The position numbers and the translations under genes were made by a program. Below the pieces are notes generated by a model that saw nothing but the letters and a program-made list of their open reading frames with translations, searched no databases and had not been told where the DNA came from. Shown here piece by piece: positions 16,437-29,952 of a stretch of 64,000 nucleotides of DNA (position 1 is its first letter; each line of letters opens with the position of its first letter). This stretch comes from Eledone cirrhosa. Lineage: Eukaryota. Where the stretch lies: the NCBI GenBank assembly GCA_964016885.1, contig OZ024759.1:34906001-34970000 (forward strand), written 5' to 3'.

Positions 16437-16593
16437 ACGAGGTTCCGACTAGAAAGTTCATAGGCTGACTATAAAGGAGTGATGCTAGAGCTGTGAAATC
16501 TTGCATGGATTATTTTCAACTCTTATTAATAAGTGCGTTGTTTCTTTCCAGGGACTATGTTGGTCAACCTATAAGCCTTGCATACGACCCTCG
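16437..16593. mobile_element. Mariner-derived MITE; inverted relative at ~22358-22552
   Basis: CGAGG...AAAGTTCATAGGCTGAC termini and ...CCCTCG; shared interior between the two loci. Confidence 0.65.
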
Positions 16594-17107
16594 TGTTTAG
16601 AACGTGTGTTTGTTTAGTTTAAATGTTTAGAATTAGCGTTAATAGTCATTTACTTAAATATTTTGGGATATATTTTGGTGGTTAGCGAATTGAATTTGCA
16701 ATCGTGACGTTGCGAGTTCGATTCTCGGACCGGGCGATGCGTTTTCCATTTTGTTCTTTCTGCCAAGATTTGCGACCGGTAAATAGTATCAGCAATGGAA
16801 AGACCGATGGAAACATTGTTTCCTCGGCCTGATTTGATGAGTTCCACTTCACTCGGTAAGCGAATGAGGTCTGAGATCTTGTCGATCGATTCGATTCACT
16901 GAAAGATTCATCGATCTTTTAATCAATGAAGTGTGTATACATTTTGGGGGGACACCCTGTGTGTGTGTGTGTGTGTTTATATATATATATGTATGTGTAC
17001 ATATGTGTATGTATATATATGTATATATATATACATATGTATGTGTACATATATATATATATGTGTGTATATATATATATATATATACATATGTATAATT
17101 ATATATA

Positions 17108-17206
17108 CAGGGTGTCCCCCATTAATGTATACACACTTGAACAGCATTCTAATAAATATTGCCTGTACAGGTAATCAAAGTATGTATACATTTTTGGGAC
17201 ACCCTG
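17108..17206. mobile_element. Tc1/mariner-type MITE (~100 bp); copies at 18455-18555, ~49306-49405, ~50357-50433
   Basis: TA-CAGGGTGTCCC...GGGACACCCTG-TA with internal TGTATACA repeats. Confidence 0.8.
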
Positions 17207-17457
17207 TAGATTATATATATATATATATATATATATGGACAAAATATTGTTTGATCATTTATTGAGATTAATTTCAATAGTTGATTGAATTTATTGGCAA
17301 GACTTTGACTTGCTACTACGTTCTCAAAGGCGGAAGTTGGCACAATTAGAACCCCTGCTTCTACTTCCGTCAGAGACTAGCTTAATCTTCTAGTCAGTGT
17401 TGCTGAAGAGAAGCAAACAGAAATTGAGATAAGTTGTTTTATTATTAATTTTAACTA

Positions 17458-17599
17458 CTGTATTTACTTGAATATAAGCCGAGGAATATGTGACGATTTT
17501 CACCGACTTCAAATTCCACGTAAATAACGTTTGGATGGCTTTTTTGCCCATTTCTCTGACATAAAATACTGGAGCCGGTTTACATTCGAGTATATACGG
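17458..17599. mobile_element. Small pogo/Tc-like MITE
   Basis: TA-CTGTATTTACTTGAATATAAG ... TTTACATTCGAGTATATACGG-TA imperfect TIRs. Confidence 0.55.
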
Positions 17600-17827
17600 T
17601 AATTTTATTTTGGATAATCTGATTTAAACGTTTAAGATAATTTTAATTCATTTAAATAATATATATTTCGTGTATACAATTTTAGAAATGTATTCATATT
17701 GCTTTGTATTTGTTTATAATATCTATTACTAGTTATTTTGTTTGTACAATGTCATACGGTGGAACCTTAGGTGATGAACTTAATTCGTTCTTGAAAACCG
17801 TTTATCGCCTGAAATGTTCCTCTATTG

Positions 17828-18182
17828 CAGAGGTTCTCAAACTTTTGGGGTCACCACCACCCCCCTCACGGCGACGTAACACCCTCAGCACCACCAACCC
17901 TATTTCCAGACAGACCTGCCTAAAAGCAAATTGTAAATAATATATAATAAATAAAATCGTTAATTTATATATAATAAATAATATAATATATACTATGTAT
18001 AAATAAATATATATTTTTTATGTTATATTTATATATATGTAACATTTGATATTTAATATACTACTATATCATCTCTACCGACCCACTCCTCTTAGTTGGG
18101 TCCCAGTGACCCCTGGACATTCTCAACGACGACTCCCCCCCCCCCCCCCCCGGGGTGGTAGCGCCTACTTTGAGAACCTCTG
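17828..18182. mobile_element. hAT-type MITE
   Basis: 14-bp perfect TIR CAGAGGTTCTCAAA; degenerate 8-bp TSD ctctattg/cgttattg. Confidence 0.75.
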
Positions 18183-19118
18183 CGTTATTGGGGCGACTTA
18201 GGGCTGGCTATCCGCCTCCTACGCTTTCTCCTCATTCATTAAAGATGCAGGCGTTTGCTTTACTTTCACCACCACCATCATTTAACGTCCATTTATCCAT
18301 GCCGACATAATATTGTTTACATTAAAAGAAACATCCGTTTACATAATTCTATTTTATACAATTTTATTTAATAATTCACTTAAATATTTTGCGATATTCT
18401 TTAGTCAATAGTTTTATATTTACACTAAATATTTTTATATCTGGACAAAATATACAAGGTGTATATAAAAAATGTATACACACTTGAACAGCATTCTAAT
18501 AAATATTGCCTGTAGAGGTAATCAAAGTGTGTATACATTTTGGGGGGACACCCTGTATTTTATATTTAGACAATATATTGTTTAATAATTTATTTATTTA
18601 GTTAATTTCGAAAGCTTTATTAAGATTGTTTTATTGTTTGTTATTTTGTTTGGTTTAAATGTTTAAATTGATTTTAATTTTAAATTCTTTTGATATTTGC
18701 AAAAATATCAAAAGAATTTAAAAATTAAATTAACTTAAATATTTAAACCAAACACAATAACCAATATTGGATAAATTTATAGAACACAACCATCGAGATA
18801 AAGTCCTTCCCTGCATTTTGGGAAGTAAGATTAGTTGGTAACACACGAAAACAAAACTGGGAAAAATGGTAAAAAAAAACTCCGGGGGAGGGTGAAAGGG
18901 CTGGGTCTCTCCAGTCTAAAATAACTCTTTCGTTTTTTTATTATATATTCCAAAAGCCTGTAAGATCTTCATCAGGCAGTGACGGTCCACAGAATCAAAG
19001 GCCTTAAAGATAGTGGACCTGATATCACTGCTCTACACCTGACGGGATAACGGGGTTCTTTGAGATACTACGCCTTGCGCTGGAGAAACACCAGGACTCT
19101 AACTTTACTGTAACACTG

Positions 19119-19918
19119 GCTCAGAGCAGGAGAGTTAGGGCGAAAAAGATATCGGATGCTGAATTTGCCGACGACATAGTTCTGGTGACAAACACAGTGA
19201 AGGAGGCAGAGGGGTTGATGCAGGAGGTGGAGACTGTGTCGATGAGTGTGGGGCTGAGAATGAATGAGATTAAGACGAAGTATCTGGTAGAGAATATTAA
19301 GAAGCCAGAGAAGATTACTAATGTAGGCGGGAAGTCGCTAGAATTGGTTGAGGACTTCCTGTATTTGGGAGCAAAGATTGAAAATACAGAGGACGATGTG
19401 GCCGAGAGGAAGAGCAAAGCCTGGGCAGCGTGCCACAGTTAGAGATCGGTGTGGAATTCGGACCTTTGTAAAGATCTGAAGATCCGTCTCTTCGTTACTA
19501 CAGTGGAGTCTGTGCTGCTGTACGGGTCTGAGACTTGGACACTGACCAAGACACTCACTCAGATGGTGGATGGGTGCTACACGAGAATGTTGAGGATGGC
19601 TCTGAACATTAATCAGTATACACTGAGGATGAAGAGCTCAGAGCTGTACGGGAGCCTCCCAAAGTCAACTCGGGAGTAACACAGAGGAGACTGAGGTTAG
19701 CTGGACATGCTCACCGACATCCAGAGTTGACACTGCACTCAGTGCTCCTGTGGGAGCCCCTGCATGGACACAGTGGAAGAGGAAAACCGAGGTTGACATA
19801 TGTTGATGCCCTAAGGACAGACACTAGTCTGTTGGGGATGCAGGACATGGCAGCGATGATGAGGGACAGAGACCGCTGGAGAGAACTCGTCCATGGATCT
19901 CGGGAATTTTACCCGCCC
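19119..19918 (+). mobile_element. RTE-like LINE reverse transcriptase 3' fragment (decayed)
   Basis: FADD motif, MNEIKTK, DFLYLG, VESVLLYGSETW, GKPRLTY; stops and frameshifts. Confidence 0.9.
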
Positions 19919-20079
19919 TATATATATATATATATATAATCTTGTGCTCTATGCGTCTGTCCTCAAAATTATGGACCCCATCATTCACCATTCCACGCCA
20001 AGTTTCTCTTTCAAGAGTGTTTACCTCCCAGTTAGTCACAATCAAACCAGTTTTTTTCAACGAGTCCTTTACACAATCT

Positions 20080-20137
<58 letters not shown>

Positions 20138-20677
20138 ATCGTGAAGGTGTGTGGCTTTGTGGTCAAGGTATTCGGCTCACAGACGAAGTTCAATTCCAGG
20201 CTGCGCATTGTGTCCTTGAGCAAGACACTTTATTTCACATCACTCCAGTCAACTCAGCTGCCAAAAATGAGTTGTACCTGTAATTCAAAGGGTCAGCCTT
20301 ATCACATTCTGTGTCGCGCTGAATCTCCCTGAGAACTACGTTAGAGGTGTACATCTGTGGAATGCTCAGCCACTTGCACGTTAATTTCATGAGTAGGCTG
20401 TTTCGTTAATAGTATCAACTGGGACACCCATCTTCATAACAGACGGAGCGCCAATAGTTATATATATATATATATATATATATTCAGGTTTGAGGTTCAC
20501 CACTGTATAGAGCTGGTCTATTCCGTATGGTCAATCGTAATGCAATAATATAGAGAGTACTCAACGTAAAGCAGTTCAACCGTCTTTGTTTTTGTAGTTG
20601 GTGGTGCTAGTACGGAGTTAAATATTATAATGAAATGACAGGAAGCTGGATTTGTGTAAATCCTTGAAAGGTTTATT

Positions 20678-20735
20678 ATACTATGATCATTTCAATGACC
20701 GGGTTCCGTATGAATCCGGTGATATCATCAGGTAT
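20678..20735 (-). ncRNA. Type I hammerhead ribozyme, family F (element ~20483-20746 between (TA)n tracts)
   Basis: Minus strand: atac-CTGATGA-tatcaccggattcatacggaacccggtcatt-GAAA-tgatca-TA^gtat; palindromic stem III AUGAUCAU. Confidence 0.75.
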
Positions 20736-20740
20736 TCGAA

Positions 20741-20782
<42 letters not shown>

Positions 20783-20787
<5 letters not shown>

Positions 20788-20928
20788 GTGGTTACACGAC
20801 AGTTAGTTCACCATACCGAGAACATTGTTCTCGGTATGGTGAACTAACTGTTGTGTAACCACTTCTACCTAACTCGTCCCATGGACTGAGTGCTCTACCA
20901 CTGCAGATATTACCTTCCAGTGTTCTAC

Positions 20929-20931
<3 letters not shown>
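20783..20931. mobile_element. Short fold-back element (family G; tail only, no ribozyme core)
   Basis: 42-bp near-perfect arms 20783-20824/20826-20867 plus a tail containing CTGAGTGCT, flanked by (TA)n. Confidence 0.6.
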
Positions 20932-20973
<42 letters not shown>

Positions 20974-21183
20974 ATACCGTGTTTCTTTTACGATATATGG
21001 CTCTTTCTATATATAAACATTTATCTTTTAATTTGGCTATATACTGTATATATATATATGTAGGAGGTGAGTTTTATTGTAGTACAATAAAGCAATGCAG
21101 ATATCGGATAAGAAGCACTCTACTGTTTGTAGGACTGGAGTATACATAATATAAGATCAAAAGATGGTTAAAGGAGTTCCATG

Positions 21184-21254
21184 TATTTTATTATGCGCAT
21201 TTCAAAAACAAACATCATCATGCAATAATATTTGTGTTTTCATCAGATAAAACA
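21184..21254 (-). ncRNA. Type I hammerhead ribozyme, family B (inverted arm)
   Basis: Reverse complement of 21410-21480 (TCATCAG 21240-46, TTTC 21200-03). Confidence 0.88.
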
Positions 21255-21409
21255 GGAGAACATGATATGAAGGCTAAAAAACACTTGTGGATAGTGCAGT
21301 TTTAAATCAACATATGAAAAGTGGTTTTTGAATCTAAAACCACTTTTCATATGTTGATTTAAAACTGCACTATCCACAAGTGTTTTTTAGCCTTCATATC
21401 ATGTTCTCC

Positions 21410-21480
21410 TGTTTTATCTGATGAAAACACAAATATTATTGCATGATGATGTTTGTTTTTGAAATGCGCATAATAAAATA
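21410..21480 (+). ncRNA. Type I hammerhead ribozyme, family B
   Basis: tgttttat-CTGATGA(21418-24)-long stem II with gcat loop-GAAA(21461-64)-tgcgca-TA^ataaaata; palindromic stem III AUGCGCAU. Confidence 0.9.
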
Positions 21481-21510
21481 CATGGAACTCCTTTAACCAT
21501 CTTTTGATCT

Positions 21511-21539
<29 letters not shown>

Positions 21540-21541
<2 letters not shown>

Positions 21542-21735
21542 ACGAAGGAAGTGTGGTAAGGAACCAGGTGGACCATAACGCACCAGAGTACTCAATACTT
21601 AGGGTAGTAGAGTGGGTAATAGAAAAATGTTCAAGACCCCGACGGCAGAGCTCAAGCTGTTTCGACGGCTATTTCAGTCCAGAAATAGCCTTCGAAACGG
21701 CTTCAACTCTGCCGTCGGGATCTTGAACATTTTTA
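21540..21735. mobile_element. Family A fold-back element with only the 3' half of a hammerhead (GAAA-cggc-palindromic GAGCTC loop-gccg-TC^gggg); related copies at ~15110-15250, 23338-23529, 39841-39978, 41181-41314, 46249-46453, 48631-48846, 52186-52267
   Basis: Shared ~95-nt tail (…ggttccttaccacacttccttcgtTA) and inverted GAAAC-stem III arms; most copies abut (TA)n; no CTGANGA retained in any copy. Confidence 0.75.
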
Positions 21736-22720
21736 TATATATATTATATATACATACACATATAGATATATGCATATACACACACACACACCTTTGCCTT
21801 CATCCTTACAGAGTCGATAAAATATAGTACCAGTGACGCACTGGGTCGATTTAATCGACTTTCCTACTCTCCAAAATTGCTGGCCTTGTGCCTAAATGAG
21901 AAATTATTGAACTTTCAAAACCTTAGCATCGTTTATGGTCTCCCTTCGATCATACAATCCGATAACTTCCCTTAGAATTTAATAATAAATAAATAAAATC
22001 TCGAGTTATTTCCCTTGAATTATTCAAGAGTTATCTCCCTTAATATTTTTATATTTTTTAACCAAAATAAATGTTTTATTTATATGATAATTTATTTCGC
22101 ATAATAAACAAGTAGAAAGAGAGCTTTGCACCTCTATCTAGGCGGTATATGTAAGCTGCACCCCGTGGACAACAGGGTTAATGCTCTATCAGCCACTTCC
22201 TCAGATGGGATGCACAGCTCCAAAATTTTACGAAGTAAAATGTCGGATTTTTTGTTGTTAGTTTTGTCTTAATACGTCGTTACGGTTGTTGTGGTTTAAC
22301 CACAGGTGAGCATAGTTAGGCAGACCTTTGATCAACGGCGTTCCAGCCGTGACCACTTCGGGTCGGTTGAAAAGTTCATAGGCTGACTAAGATACTCCCA
22401 TGGAATGACCAAATGAGGTTTATTTTTCAATATAGTCCCTAGAAAGAAACAATGCAATTATTAAGACGAGTTGAAATTAATGCATGCAAGATTTCACAGC
22501 TCTAGCATCACTCCTTCATAGTCAGCCTATGAACTCTCCAGCCCGCCCTCGTATCACTTGATAACATGTACCATGCTTCTTTAATGAGGGTTGATATGGC
22601 TGGATGGTTGAGTTTGCCTCGCAAACGGGTCCCAGGTTCGATCACACAGATGGTGGTGGTGATAGTAGTCTTATTGTTGTTACTGTTGAGGTTATATATA
22701 TTTATATCAGTGGCTACCAG

Positions 22721-22768
<48 letters not shown>

Positions 22769-24151
22769 ACAGGGAGAAAAAGATGATTATTAGGAAGAAA
22801 ATTTTTTCTTTTTCTTTTTCTTTTTCTTTTTCTTTTTCTTTTTCTTTTTCTTTTTCTTTTTCTTTTTCTTTTTCTTTTTCTTTTTCTTTTTTTCTGGGTT
22901 AGAAAATGATTAAAAGGAAATATTTTACTTTGTGTGAAGTGTTAAGGTATTAGTTGATTTATTTATTAATTAACAATGGCATTTATATATATATATATAT
23001 TACTTAAAAGTTAATCAGTCGCTAATATCCAAATATCTCAATAAAAGAAATCTCTAAGAGAAGCAATATTATATATATATAACTATAAATCACCATACAC
23101 TGGTGGTTTTCCCTGTACATTGGTAAACACACACACACTCTCTCTCTTTCGTATATTATGTTTTCTATATATTATATGTGTGTGTGAATAATTCTATAGT
23201 AAAAGATATATATATATATAGAGAGAGAGAGAGGACCATATACCCATGAGAATACAGAATATATTTTATATATACAGAGCACATATTTCAAAGAAAAGTA
23301 TGTACTCTAGATGACTGTATATATATATATATATATATAGGAAAATGTTCAAGACACTGATGGCAGAGCTCAAGCTGTTTCGACGGCTATTCCAGAAATA
23401 GCCGTTGAAACGCCTTCAGCTCTGCCGTCGGGGTCTTGAACATTTTTCTATTACCCACTCTACTACCCTAAGTATTGAGTACTCTGGTGCGCTATGGTCC
23501 ACCTGGTTCCTTACCACACTTCCTTCTACTGGCATTATATATATATATATAATGCCAGTAGAGGAGCACCACGAAAAACATGGGCGGGTGTGGTGAGAGC
23601 GGACCTCAGATCGCTGAAGTTCACAGGGGAGATGACGAAGGACCGTGACAAGTGGAGATGCTGTGCTGAATAGGACCCATCCCACCCTTGCAAGCAGAGA
23701 AAAGCGGACGTAAAATGATGATGATATATATATATATATATATATGTATATATGGTGGCTGCCAACTCATTTTCGAGTACGGCCACTACTTTATATCCAT
23801 GTAGGAGAACCCCTACCAATGCGCTGAACAAGTGTGACTTTTTAATCCAGCCAGCAACTTGAAAACTCTGGTACAAACACTATACTTGTGACAATTATTG
23901 ACACATAGTGCTGGGCCCATGGTACCATGTGACGACAAGTGCAGAGAGATATCCAGATATAAAGCAATGCCTGTGTCGTGAAGCTTTTATAGTGAGCAAA
24001 GGCACTGCACAAATCCAGTCCCACTCTCTTAACCAAGATGATATTTACCAAAAAGAAGAACAAGTCAACATCATTGGATACCATCAGGGTTGCAGGTGTT
24101 ATATCAGAGTTTTCCTTCTAGAATTCTGCCTATATATACATACATACATAT

Positions 24152-24182
<31 letters not shown>

Positions 24183-24467
24183 ATATTTTGATGGAGTTTA
24201 ATGTCTGATGTTTACGGTGAGTAAACGGGTGAAACTCCAGAGTAACAAGACTCATCACTTAGCCATAATAAAGATAGATATAGAGAGAGGCGTGTGAACA
24301 TATATACATACAAAGAAATATATATATATAACCAAAAGTTAAACAATGTTCATTGATTAATCAATGAATATAGTTTTACAATGGATTAGAAGCACTCAAC
24401 AAGAGGTTTTCTGGAGTTATTAATATTAATTCAAAATATTAATAAATATAGACATTCATGTAATCAA

Positions 24468-24539
24468 ATATATTTTATTATATATATTTCGGAGATACTG
24501 TGCTGTTTCCTCAGTACGTCCTCATCAGATAAAATATAT
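24468..24539 (-). ncRNA. Type I hammerhead ribozyme, family C (element ~24331-24598)
   Basis: Minus strand: atatattttat-CTGATGA-ggacgtactg-aggaaacagca-cagtatctcc-GAAA-tatata-TA^ataaaatatat; 11-bp stem I, G-C closing stem II, palindromic stem III. Confidence 0.9.
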
Positions 24540-25575
24540 AAATTGATGTATGACATACCTCAACTGTGCTGATGGTTCAATTCCAGTCTTGGCAGTCATA
24601 TATATATATATATAGATATATATGTATATGTATATATATAAGTGTGTGTATGTGTGTGTGTGGAACAATAAAAACAAGACAGAAGTAGGTAATTAATTAG
24701 TTCATTGAATTTTCACAACGTTATCAACCCCACCACAACCAGGTGGAATACGATATTATATATGTACACGATTGTATGTGTATACACATATATATATATA
24801 CACTCGCATACACAAACATATACACAGATATATGTATATATATGGGAATATATATACACAAACATATAATTCAAATGGTTGAAAAACAACATAATTTCAT
24901 AACAGATAAGTTCTCAGTGAAAGTTTTATCTATTTAATTAAGAAAAATGTAAATAATTAAAGTGTTAGATAGATAGAATTGTTTAATGAAGACTTGACAC
25001 GAGATTAAAGAGGAGATAACCCTTGACCGTAGTAAAGGTTGTTAACTGATAGCAAACTTCAAGATAATGACGCCATGTTGGTGTCAAATGATTTCATCAG
25101 CATTACGTATAATGTTGGATATTCTAGTTTCTACATATTACACATAACACACACATATACATAAAACATTTATAACACATTCATAACACACACACATATA
25201 TAACACATTCATAACACACACATATACATGTAACACATTCATAACACACACATATATATAACATATTCATAACACACACATATATAAAACACATTCATAA
25301 CATACATAACACACACATAGACATATAACACATTCATAACATACACATATATATAACACATTCATAACATACATAACACACACATAGACATATAACACAT
25401 TCATAACATACACATATATATAACACATTCATAACATATATAACACATTCATAACATACATAACACACACATAACATACATAACACACACATAGACATAT
25501 AACACATTCATAACTCACACATGCATATATGTATATGTGACACACTCGAGTATATATATATATATATATATATAT

Positions 25576-25994
25576 GTAGGAGGTGAGTTTTATTGTAGTA
25601 CAATAAAGCAATGCAAATATCGGATAAGAAGCACTCTACAGTTTGTAGGACTGGAGTATACATAATATAAGATCAAAAGATGGTTAAAGGAGTTCCATGT
25701 ATTTTATTAGGCGCATTTCAAAAACAAACATCATCATGCAATAATATTTGTGTTTTCATCAGATAAAACAGGAGAACATGATATGAAGGCTAAAAAACAC
25801 TTGTGGATAGTGCAGTTTTAAATCAACATATCATATATGTTGATTTAAAACTGCACTATCCACAAGTGTTTTTTAGCCTTCATATCATGTTCTCCTGTTT
25901 TATCTGATGAAAACACAAATATTATTGCATGATGATGTTTGTTTTTGAAATGCGCATAATAAAATACATGGAACTCCTTTAACCATCTTTTGAT

Positions 25995-26000
<6 letters not shown>
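25576..26000. mobile_element. Fold-back hammerhead element, family B copy 2 (+ core CTGATGA 25904-10, GAAA 25947-50)
   Basis: Near-identical to 21060-21518, but the fold-back centre (~25832) is truncated at a different point; flanked by (TA)n. Confidence 0.88.
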
Positions 26001-26035
<35 letters not shown>

Positions 26036-26037
<2 letters not shown>

Positions 26038-26398
26038 CCAAAAGTTAAGCAAGGTTCATTGATTAATCAATGAATATAGTTTTACAATAGGTTAGAAGCA
26101 CTCAACAAGAAAGTTTTCTGGAGTTATTAATAAATATAGACATTCATGTAATCAAATATATTTTATTATATATATTTCAGAGGTACTGTGCTGTTTCCTC
26201 AGTACATCCTCATCAGATTAAATATATAAATATACTGCCAAGACTGGAATTGAACCATGAGCACAGTTGAGGTATGTCATACATCAATTTATATATTTTA
26301 TCTGATGAGGACGTACTGAGGAAACAGCACAGCACCTCCAAAATATATATAATAAAATATATTTGATTACATGAATGTCTATATTTATTAATATTTTA
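26036..26398. mobile_element. Fold-back hammerhead element, family C copy 2
   Basis: Minus core TCATCAG 26210-16 / TTTC 26175-78 intact; plus core CTGATGA 26302-08 has GAAA mutated to AAAA. Confidence 0.85.
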
Positions 26399-26413
26399 TA
26401 TATATATATATAA

Positions 26414-26907
26414 TGACCATGCTCAGTGTGTAGGAATGGAGTAGGTAGAAACTCCCTTTTATATCCCAAATGCAAAGTATGGGTGCATAAAAGATGTAGT
26501 GGGATCACAGGTAAGCTAACTAAGAACATAGATTTTATATGTGGCCGGTGCTCTGGTGCAATAAGTAGCAGCAAGTGCCCACAGAATACTAGCTCATTCC
26601 ATTGCACAGATGGTTCTATAGAAATAGTGGACAGCTCCCGTTACCTGGATGACAAAATCAGCAGTAGGGGAGGGTGCTCTGAAAGTACAGTAGCTAGAGT
26701 CAGAACTGGATGGAAAAAGTTCAGAGAAGCTAAAGGGTTCTCCCTAAAAATGAAAGGCAGGCTGTATGATGCCTGCATACGAACAGCAATGTTACATGGC
26801 AGTGAGACCTGGGCATTGTGTGCAGAGGATATACGCAGACTGGAGAGGAACGAAGCTTGCATGCTCCGCTGGATGTGTAATAGTAATATACGTGAACGGC
26901 AAAGCAC
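26414..26907 (+). mobile_element. RTE-like LINE ORF2 fragment
   Basis: WVHKRCSG, KGRLYDACIRTAMLHGSETW; homologous to 28022-29195. Confidence 0.88.
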
Positions 26908-28021
26908 CTGGGTTAATACCCGACCCCTGGGTGGTAGACTTTACACCATCACCTAGGTTAATACCTGACCCCTGGGTGTACAATATATAGACTGTATATA
27001 CTGGTGTAGGTATAATATATACACACTATATATACTGGTGTAGATATAAAATATAGACTATATATATTTGTGTAGATATAATATATACACTATATATAGT
27101 TGTGTAGATATAATATATAGGCTATATATAGTTTTGTAGATATAATATATAGACTATATATAGTTGTGTAGATATAATATATAGACTATATATAGTTTAG
27201 ATATAATATATACACTGAATATAGTTGTGTAGATATACCGTATATAGACTATATATAGTTGTGTAAATATACTGTATATATACACTCTATATAGTTGTGT
27301 AGATATACCGTATATAGACTATATATAGTTGTGTAGATATACCGTATATAGACTATATATAGTTGTGTAGATATATCGTATATATTCAAATATAAGCCAA
27401 CCTCATTATTTTATATCTGAGAAATGGATACAAATGCAGGCAGCTAAGCTACATATGTAGCTATTTTGAAATTCTCAGGAGAAGAGAAAATATTTTAATA
27501 TTTAAAATGTTTAAAATGTTGTTTAGAGTATATATTTAGTTTCACAAATCGACTACGAAATGAAGGTTGTTTTTTTTACCATTTGATCTGTTTAATAAAA
27601 TTTCAAGTTTCTCGAAATTTTGTTTACTTGCGACTACGAACATATATCATCATTGTTTAATGTCCATATCCATGCTAGCATGGGTTAGACAGGTTGTCCC
27701 ATTTGAGGCGACCGTGTCTTGCTCATACAGAACCTAACTAATAATTGTTCGTGGAAACAACCGCATATTCACGGAATCATAAATACCTTCCGCGATCTTT
27801 TTAACGTTTTTCTTTCGTGGCAATATATATTTTTCGTGCTTTTTAATGCTAAATTATTAAAACCAATACTGAATACCATATTTGCTGGCCTTTTATAAGT
27901 GTGACTTTTTACATATTTATATTTATATATAGATGTATGCATATACACATATACATACACGCACACACATATACACATATACATGTGGAATAAAGTGTCT
28001 TTGCAGTGGGAGGGTGTGGGG

Positions 28022-29195
28022 GCATATTGTCTATATGCTTCAGCTTGTACCCATGAGAGGTCGGGTACTCTGTATTACTGCGTGACGCCAGAGGTCACGG
28101 TCGTGTGTCATCACCTTTGAGAGGTGTAATTGGGTAAGGTTGGCTTTTATCACCTCATCCCAGGTCTTCTTGGGTCTCCCCACTCCGCGGTTTCCATGGA
28201 CTTCTAGTGATCTGCACCTTTTTATGCAGGTGTCATCTTTCATACGCATCACATGTCCATACCAACTCATCCGCCTCTCCTGCACACAGCATTTGATTCC
28301 TCTTATGCTCAGTCTCTCTCTCAATTCATTTATGCTACTATTACACATCCATCGGAGCATGCAGGCTTCGTTTCTCTCTAATCTACGTAAGTCTTCCACC
28401 TTCAGCGCCCAGGTCTCACTACCATGTAACATTGCTGTTCGGATACACGCATCATACAGTCTGCCTTTCATTTTGAGGGAGAAGCTTTTTGCAGCTAGCA
28501 GTGGCAGTAGTTCCCTGAACTTCTTCCATCCCGTTCTTACCCTAGTTATTGTACTTTCTGAACACCCACCTCCGCTGCTAATTCGGTCACCTAGGTAGCA
28601 GAAGCTGTCTACTGTTTCTACAGAACCCTCCCAGAGATTGGTGGTACTTGTTTCCTGTGGCTGTTTGCTGCATGTGAAGCCTACATTCTTAATTAAGCTT
28701 CCTGAGATCCCGCTACATCTCTTGTGTACCCTCTTGTTTGTATTTGGGGCAGAGAATGGAGTTCCTACTTACACCTTTCCTACATACTGAGCAAGGCCAT
28801 TTCCCTGAGGGGATCTGGGTTCTGTTTTCTCGTCTACTTACAAGGACCTTAGTCTTTGTCATGTTGACTTTGAGACCCTTTCTTTCTAGTCCCTGCTTCC
28901 AAGTTTGGAATTTCTTCTCTAGTTCTACCATAGATTCAGCTATAAGTGCGAGGTCATCAGCATACAGGAGTTCCCATGGGCATCCAGTCTTAAACTCCTC
29001 CGTTATTGCCTGCAAGACTATGATGAACAGGAGAGGGCTAAGAACAGAGCCCTGGTGGACACCAACCTGTACGCTAAATTCCTCGCTATACTCATTGCTA
29101 ATCCTAACTTTGCTGACTGTTCCCCTATACAGGACTTGTACAGCTTTCACAAGCCATTCATCTACTCCTAGTTTTCTAAGAGCCCACCAGATTAC
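28022..29195 (-). mobile_element. 5'-truncated RTE-like LINE (RT domain to C-terminus)
   Basis: GVHQGSVLSPLLF, ELLYADDL, LKVNMTKTK, MLHGSETW, WYGHVMR, GRPKKTW. Confidence 0.93.
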
Positions 29196-29522
29196 ACCTT
29201 GTTTTATTAAATCTCTCTAAATTCTTCATTACTTTCAAAATTCTTTGAAAATTTTCAGCTTTCGTCGACCCAAGATGTTGTTTCTTAAGATTGAACCAGA
29301 AACACCAGACATTGCATTTTCTTTATTAGATAAGTAATAATAGCAAAGATCAATGGATGAGATCACAGGTAAGTCACAAGTTGATTACAGGTAGATCACG
29401 GGAAAGACAGGTGTAAATGACTAAGAGATAAGGAAGTTATAACAAAGCAGATTCTCATATATTTCTTTATATATATATACCTGTACGTCTACATTTACCT
29501 GTATACATACACCTACTTACAT

Positions 29523-29562
<40 letters not shown>

Positions 29563-29694
29563 GAAATGTGTATGTATATATATATATATATAAATGAAAT
29601 GTGTATGTATATATATATATATATACATACACATACATATGTCTGTGTGTGTGTAGATATTAAAATGATGTATGTATATATATATGTATATGTC

Positions 29695-29749
<55 letters not shown>

Positions 29750-29952
29750 ATATGTCTGTGTGTGTAGATATTAAAATGATGATGTATATATATATGTATA
29801 TGTGTATATATATGCATGTGTATATATATATATATATACACATACATATGTCTGTGTGTGTGTGTGCATAGATATTAAAATAATGATGTATGTGTGTATA
29901 TATATGTATATGTATGTATGTGTGTATGTATTTGTATATATGTGTGTGCCCT

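Larger units (their letters stand above)
21060..21518. mobile_element. Fold-back hammerhead element, family B copy 1
   Basis: 183-bp inverted arms 21146-21328/21336-21518 plus a ~85-nt unpaired tail, flanked by (TA)n; hammerheads on both strands. Confidence 0.9.

Noticed and set aside
18648-18752. AT-rich inverted repeat (also 5248-5362)
   Set aside because: No ribozyme core, tail motif or clear TSD; low complexity, so not assigned.
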